Source: a candidate division TM6 bacterium GW2011_GWF2_28_16
GTDB lineage: Bacteria; Patescibacteriota; Microgenomatia; UBA1400; PJMF01
DNA: 64,000 nt
NCBI GenBank assembly: GCA_001029715.1
Contig: CP011212.1
Location: 530,173-594,172 of the forward strand
Reading direction: 5' to 3'
Shown: positions 59,113-64,000 of the stretch, piece after piece
How the letters are laid out: each line of letters begins with the position of its first letter
Numbering within the stretch: position 1 is the first letter of the stretch
The notes under the pieces: model-generated
What the model saw: only the letters and a program-made list of their open reading frames with translations
Told to the model about the DNA's origin: nothing
The model's database searches: none
Position numbers and translations under genes: made by a program

Positions 59113-59973
59113 TTAAATGAACAGGAATATTAAGCCCGCAGTTACTCCAACAATGCCAATCATCTTTTTAAGAGATAATTCGTCCTTAAAAATAAACGCC
59201 GACATAAGTGTTAGTAACGATATTGAAGCAGCGTTGGTCGCGTTAACATAGCCCACATTTGGTGCGAGATCAAAACCAACCTGCATAAAATAATTGAAAC
59301 TGGAACCAAATATTCCAATCATCAACAAAGTTAATAATTGAGATTTTGAAATATTAAAAATATTTACTTTTTTAACCTTTATTTCACCAAGAATTAAAAT
59401 TGTTACTACAATCATTGAATAGATAAGTCTCGTTAAAATCGGAACACCAAGGTTTAAAAGATATTTTGAGCTTAATGCTAATAGTCCCCAGCAAAAAAAT
59501 GCGCCGATAGTGTATGGCAACCACAGCTTGTTTGAATCTGTTTTATTTTTGTTTTTATCAATTATAATCAAGGCTGAAAACGCAACAATACATAAAATTG
59601 CAATTACAGATTTAAAAGTCAGTGGCGAGCTAAAAATAAATACTGAAGCAACGGCAGTAAAAACAACATAGCTTTTTGAAATAATTAAACTATATCCTGG
59701 GTTGGGCGAATACCCAATTCCCTTGAGTGAAAAAGCATTTCCAAGATAACTAAAGAAGATCCCCTGAATTAAAATTATTAAGTATTCAAATGGTTTTAAA
59801 GTAAATCGAGTTGGCGTGTTGATAGCTAATAGTAAATACACAATTAAAGGTATTAAGAACATCGCTAAATTATTCAATTGTTGGGGAGTTTTTAACGAAT
59901 TACTTTTTCTGACGAACAAATATAGTACAACCGAACTTAAAAACATTAATATGCTGGCAATTATCCAATTCAT
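59113..59973 (-). CDS. EamA/DMT family transporter
   Basis: Two 5-TM repeats each with PN.GY; start placed 3' of tRNA-Leu. Confidence 0.85.
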   Translation of the reverse strand: MNWIIASILMFLSSVVLYLFVRKSNSLKTPQQLNNLAMFLIPLIVYLLLAINTPTRFTLKPFEYLIILIQGIFFSYLGNAFSLKGIGYSPNPGYSLIISKSYVVFTAVASVFIFSSPLTFKSVIAILCIVAFSALIIIDKNKNKTDSNKLWLPYTIGAFFCWGLLALSSKYLLNLGVPILTRLIYSMIVVTILILGEIKVKKVNIFNISKSQLLTLLMIGIFGSSFNYFMQVGFDLAPNVGYVNATNAASISLLTLMSAFIFKDELSLKKMIGIVGVTAGLIFLFI

Positions 59974-59988
59974 AAGTTGTTTCCAATG

Positions 59989-60069
59989 TGCCGAAGAGAG
60001 GACTTGAACCTCCATGGATTGCTCCACACGCTCCTAAAACGTGCGCGTCTACCATTTCGCCACTTCGGC
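59989..60069 (-). tRNA. tRNA-Leu(TAG)
   Basis: CACGT-TTTAGGA-GCGTG; long variable arm; A73. Confidence 0.96.
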
Positions 60070-60124
60070 TTTGATTTTAGTTTTGCGCTTGGCAAAGACT
60101 AAGAAAACATCTTATTATATCTCT

Positions 60125-60538
60125 ATGACCAATTTTAACATAGAGAAGAACTCTGCTAAGTTGAATTACGGATCTATCCATCCTGGGACACTCATTCGAA
60201 AAGCCATTTCTATTTTTCTCGGAGCTCAATCTTTGTATGCAATTTATGAATCAACTAAATTTATTCTTTTTGATCGAGCTGAAATTGAAGCTGCCATTAG
60301 CAAACACCAGCTAAATGAAAGTTCTATGAATTTTTATATAAGTAGAGTTTTGGTAGCTATTTTTTCTGTTCTAAGCCTTTGGTTTGCCGTACATCTTTTT
60401 GGACCAAAAAAAAGCATTAGTAAAAATCTACAAATGCTGATTGGTATTCTATTAATTATTGCCAACACTTACCTTATGAACGTCTTTAGTCAGTTGCCAA
60501 TTTTTGAACAAATTTCACCCCTCATTGACTTTTCCTAA
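60125..60538 (+). CDS. Hypothetical membrane protein (3 TM)
   Basis: Hydrophobic segments; ATG 6 nt after TATTAT box. Confidence 0.65.
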   Translation: MTNFNIEKNSAKLNYGSIHPGTLIRKAISIFLGAQSLYAIYESTKFILFDRAEIEAAISKHQLNESSMNFYISRVLVAIFSVLSLWFAVHLFGPKKSISKNLQMLIGILLIIANTYLMNVFSQLPIFEQISPLIDFS

Positions 60539-60558
60539 AATTTTCATAAGCTGAATCT

Positions 60559-61221
60559 GTGTCAGATTTTACTTATCAGCTTAAACGTTCCTCGAGAAGC
60601 AGTGGCATTAAAATTGCCATTAGAGCCAATGCTCAAGTTTTAGTGACCGCTCCAAGGTTTATTCCTGAATTTATCATTAAAAAATTTGTTGAATCTCAAA
60701 AAGAATGGATCGAAAACAATCTAGCCAAAAGTAAAAAACAGCAGGCAGAGATCAATCATGATGAAATCTTGATTTTCGACAAAAAATACCAATTAGTGAT
60801 TAATAATTCTGCTGAAAAAATTGGCGTCGAAGTCAGAGGAGAGAAAATTTTCGTCAATAATCTCTCAGAAAAAACTCCTAGTAAAATTAAAAAACAGCTT
60901 GAAGAGTTTCTCAAAAAAACCGCTTTTAAATACATTGGCACCCGCATTCAGATTTTATCTAAAAAAATGGGCGTTACTTATAATCGTCTTGCTTTGCGTG
61001 AACAAAGTAGTCGTTGGGGAAGTTGCAGCTCTCGTGGCAATCTAAATTTCAATTGGCGTTTAGTACATTATCCTCCAGCCATCATTGATTACGTGATTAT
61101 TCACGAACTGGCTCACCGCTTAGAGCTCAATCATTCTAAAAAATTCTGGGAGATTGTCAAAAAACACGACAGCGAATATTTGATTCATAAAGGACAGCTT
61201 AGAAAAAGGCGATACAATTAG
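60559..61221 (+). CDS. YgjP/DUF45 family metal-dependent hydrolase
   Basis: SRWGSCS, NWRL, YVIIHELAH, NHSKKFW. Confidence 0.9.
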   Translation: MSDFTYQLKRSSRSSGIKIAIRANAQVLVTAPRFIPEFIIKKFVESQKEWIENNLAKSKKQQAEINHDEILIFDKKYQLVINNSAEKIGVEVRGEKIFVNNLSEKTPSKIKKQLEEFLKKTAFKYIGTRIQILSKKMGVTYNRLALREQSSRWGSCSSRGNLNFNWRLVHYPPAIIDYVIIHELAHRLELNHSKKFWEIVKKHDSEYLIHKGQLRKRRYN

Positions 61222-61236
61222 GATAGTCAAAAATAA

Positions 61237-61923
61237 ATGCTAAAAATTATTCATGGTGAAAATCTAGTCGCTTCCAGAAAAAAATTAACCGAATTAATTG
61301 ATGAGGCTAAAAAGAAAAATCAGGAAGTTTCAAGCTTAGAAGCAGAGAAGTTGGATAGAGCTAAATTAGAAGCTGCTCTTCTTAGTGAAAGCCTCTTTGG
61401 AAACGAAAAATTACTCATTATTGAGAGTTTATATTCTTTACCCAAATCAAAGAAAAAAGACGAATTTATAGACCTAATATCTTCCGCATCTATTGAATTA
61501 ATTTTATGGGAAAAAAAGCTTCTCACCAAAACTAATTTAAAAAAATTCGGTAATGATTTTGAAAATTATGAGTTTAAAGTTAGTTCAAAATTATGGACTT
61601 TTTTGGATCAACTTTCAGCAAATAAAAATAATAAAAAAGCTTTGCTAAAAATTTTTAGAGAAAGCATTGAAAGCGATGATGCAGAATTTGTTTTTTTGAT
61701 GCTAGCTAGACAAATTCGCCTACTCATTCAGATTAAAGAAAATCATCCGCCAAAAATTGCTCCTTTTATGATGGGTAAATTAAATAGTCAGGCTAGAACC
61801 TTTAGTTTAGAAAAACTCCTGGAACTTCATCAACAACTCTATCAAATTGACCAAAAACAAAAACAATCTACAGGGCTTCTCAGCCTGGCTAGCGAACTTG
61901 ACCTTTTTTTATTTAATATGTAA
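61237..61923 (+). CDS. holA: Probable short DNA polymerase III delta subunit
   Basis: IIHGE, SLFG, MLARQIRLL, PF...K...QA..F, D...K.S. Confidence 0.7.
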   Translation: MLKIIHGENLVASRKKLTELIDEAKKKNQEVSSLEAEKLDRAKLEAALLSESLFGNEKLLIIESLYSLPKSKKKDEFIDLISSASIELILWEKKLLTKTNLKKFGNDFENYEFKVSSKLWTFLDQLSANKNNKKALLKIFRESIESDDAEFVFLMLARQIRLLIQIKENHPPKIAPFMMGKLNSQARTFSLEKLLELHQQLYQIDQKQKQSTGLLSLASELDLFLFNM

Positions 61924-61949
61924 ATTGGAAAGACGAAGGGTAACTTTAT

Positions 61950-63371
61950 ATGTACAAACTACTCAAAAAAATTAATCCAAACATTTTCCGTGGTTATGAT
62001 ATACGCGGAGTCATGGATGAAGATTTGAATGAAGATGCTTATTACACTTTAGGCAGAGCCTATGCTACTTTCCTCACTCAAAGAAGAATCAAAGAATCTG
62101 CAGTCGGCAGAGATAATCGTCGCAATGGCGAAAAATATGCCAAAGCCATGATTAAAGGTCTCAATGATGGTGGAATCGACACTATCGATATTGGCCTCAG
62201 CATGAGTCAAATTGTCTATTATTCATCTTATGAATATAAAACCAAGGGTGGAGTAATGATTTCCGCTTCACATAATCCCGGCAACTTTAATGGTTTAAAA
62301 CTCAGCGTTGGCTACTCTGACACTATGATTACTGAAGAAATTCAAGAGATGCGTCAACTCATTGAAAAAGGTAAATTCAGCCAAGGCAAAGGTAAAAATC
62401 GTCAAGATAATCTTTTTCCAAGCTACCTAAAAAACATTCTTAAACTTTTCGATCTTAAAAAGAAATGGACCGTTGTCGTTGATTCTTGCAATGCCACGGG
62501 CGGCATGTTTTATCCAGAAATTTTTAAGAAAGCTGGCTGTAAAGTTTATGAACAAAACACTAAATTAGATAGTAATTATCCACTGGGCGATCCAGATCCA
62601 ACTGAAAGTAAAGTTCTGGAAAGATTGGCTGAAGGAGTCAAAAAACATAAAGCTGACATTGGTTTTGCTTTTGATGCCGATGGCGATCGTATGTCCGTCG
62701 TCGATGATAAAGGCCAAATTCTTTGGATGGATACCATTGTCGCTTTGTTTGCCAAAGATGTACTCGAAACTATGCCAGGCTCTCCAATTGTCTATAACAC
62801 TCTTTGCTCTAGACAGGTCACAGAAAGTATTGAAAAAGCCGGCGGTAAACCATTGATGTGGCTAACTGGCCATTCTTTTATCAAAGCCAAAGTTAAAGAA
62901 GCTCGTTCTCCTTTTGGAGGCGAACTGTCTGGCCACATTTTCTTTATGGATAATTTTTATGGTCATGATGATGGTGCCTATGCATGTTTGCGACTCTTGT
63001 CTTATCTTGAGAGAAAAGACAAAAAACTAAGTGAACTAGTTGAAAAATTACCTAAATATATTAGTAGTCCAGAAATTAAATTTGGCTTAGCTGACGAAAT
63101 TAAATTTAAATTCATTGATGAAGTCATTACAAAAGAATTTAAGAAACAATGGCCTAAGGCAGAGTACATTAGTATCGACGGAATCAGAATGGACACCAGT
63201 GAACAAATGGCTATAATCAGAGCCTCACAAAATGGACCTTATGCCACTGTTAAATTTGAGGCTAAAACTCAAGCTGGCTATGACTCTTTGAAGAAAATTT
63301 TAAAAGGCATTTTAAGTAAACATAAAGAAATTAATTTGAAAAAAGGTACCAATATTGAAGCTTTAGATTAA
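61950..63371 (+). CDS. Phosphomannomutase/phosphoglucomutase
   Basis: FRGYDIRG, SASHNP, FDADGDR, GELSGH. Confidence 0.95.
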   Translation: MYKLLKKINPNIFRGYDIRGVMDEDLNEDAYYTLGRAYATFLTQRRIKESAVGRDNRRNGEKYAKAMIKGLNDGGIDTIDIGLSMSQIVYYSSYEYKTKGGVMISASHNPGNFNGLKLSVGYSDTMITEEIQEMRQLIEKGKFSQGKGKNRQDNLFPSYLKNILKLFDLKKKWTVVVDSCNATGGMFYPEIFKKAGCKVYEQNTKLDSNYPLGDPDPTESKVLERLAEGVKKHKADIGFAFDADGDRMSVVDDKGQILWMDTIVALFAKDVLETMPGSPIVYNTLCSRQVTESIEKAGGKPLMWLTGHSFIKAKVKEARSPFGGELSGHIFFMDNFYGHDDGAYACLRLLSYLERKDKKLSELVEKLPKYISSPEIKFGLADEIKFKFIDEVITKEFKKQWPKAEYISIDGIRMDTSEQMAIIRASQNGPYATVKFEAKTQAGYDSLKKILKGILSKHKEINLKKGTNIEALD

Positions 63372-63391
63372 TTTAAAAAAGAAAGGTTTTT

Positions 63392-64000
63392 ATGTCCACT
63401 CCTATTTTAGATGACCGCAGCGCAATTAAAAAAATCGATCCAGAGGGTGCTTTAGACTCAGCTGAAAGCATTGCTGACCAAGTCAAACAGGTCTGGGAAG
63501 AACAAGATCGGATTGATCTATCTGCCTACAAAAATGTCAGCAATATCGTTGTAGCTGGCATGGGTGGCTCAGCTCTCGGGGCAGACCTCATCAAAAATCT
63601 TTACAAAGAAGAATTGTCTGTTCCCATGGAAATTTGTAAAGATTACGAATTGCCAAACTTTGTCAGTAAAAACACCCTGGTCATTCTTTCCAGTTATTCC
63701 GGCAACACTGAGGAAACTCTTAATTGTGCCAAGGAAGCGGAACAAAAAGGCGCCATGATCGCTGTAATAGCCGCTGGCGGCAAATTAGTGGAGTTAGCTA
63801 AAGAAAAAAACTATCCTCGTTTCATCATTAATCCAAAAGCCAATCCTTCCAACCAACCACGTATGGCCACTGCCTATAACATCATGGCAATTATTCTAAT
63901 GCTTAAGAAATTGGCTTTGATTAAGTTTGGAGAAGAAGATTTACATCAAATTTTAGATGTAATTAATAAAACAACTCTAGATTGTTTGGTGGAAGTCCCA
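63392..64000 (+). CDS. Bifunctional phosphoglucose/phosphomannose isomerase (SIS), 3'-truncated by window
   Basis: Read manually: VVAGMGGSALG, SSYSGNTEETL, QPR; SD GAAAGG. Confidence 0.88.
   Translation, partial: MSTPILDDRSAIKKIDPEGALDSAESIADQVKQVWEEQDRIDLSAYKNVSNIVVAGMGGSALGADLIKNLYKEELSVPMEICKDYELPNFVSKNTLVILSSYSGNTEETLNCAKEAEQKGAMIAVIAAGGKLVELAKEKNYPRFIINPKANPSNQPRMATAYNIMAIILMLKKLALIKFGEEDLHQILDVINKTTLDCLVEVP

Noticed and set aside
29074-60124. N-terminal ORF extensions of alr, EamA and 60041 into tRNA genes
   Set aside because: Longest-ORF artefacts; starts reassigned to 29073, 59973 and 60125.
343-63758. Numerous 60-135 aa antisense or out-of-frame ORFs nested in housekeeping genes
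   Set aside because: Shadow ORFs with no motifs or independent signals.
1-64000. CRISPR array, prophage, transposase, rRNA, alternative genetic code
   Set aside because: None seen; conserved genes are full length under the standard code.

Overview
Low-GC bacterial chromosome segment, standard code. The gene content (split transketolase, class I LysRS, eukaryote-type IleRS and GlyRS, short HolA, bifunctional PGI/PMI, methyltransferase between rplU and rpmA) points by inference to Patescibacteria/CPR, probably Microgenomates. Most of it is housekeeping: a split dcw cluster, aminoacyl-tRNA synthetases, gatCAB, dnaE, secA, efp/epmA and six ordinary tRNAs without encoded CCA. The notable signals are non-coding. 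(1) A cassette at 56735-57067, next to tRNA-Gly(TCC), holds an atypical 72-nt tRNA-like RNA (Ala identity G3:U70/A73, encoded CCA, GCG in the anticodon position, tmRNA-like 5' end), a separately promoted sRNA antisense to its anticodon and T arms, and a second structured RNA. (2) A classical TrpL attenuator precedes a stand-alone trpB-trpS operon. (3) An ultrashort-stem-I Ile T-box with an intrinsic terminator precedes ileS. (4) A palindromic MITE/REP-like element with a hammerhead-like junction occurs in two copies. (5) An orphan sRNA lies at about 59014-59087. (6) Many genes look leaderless or near-leaderless. All structures were read by eye; no searches or folding were run.
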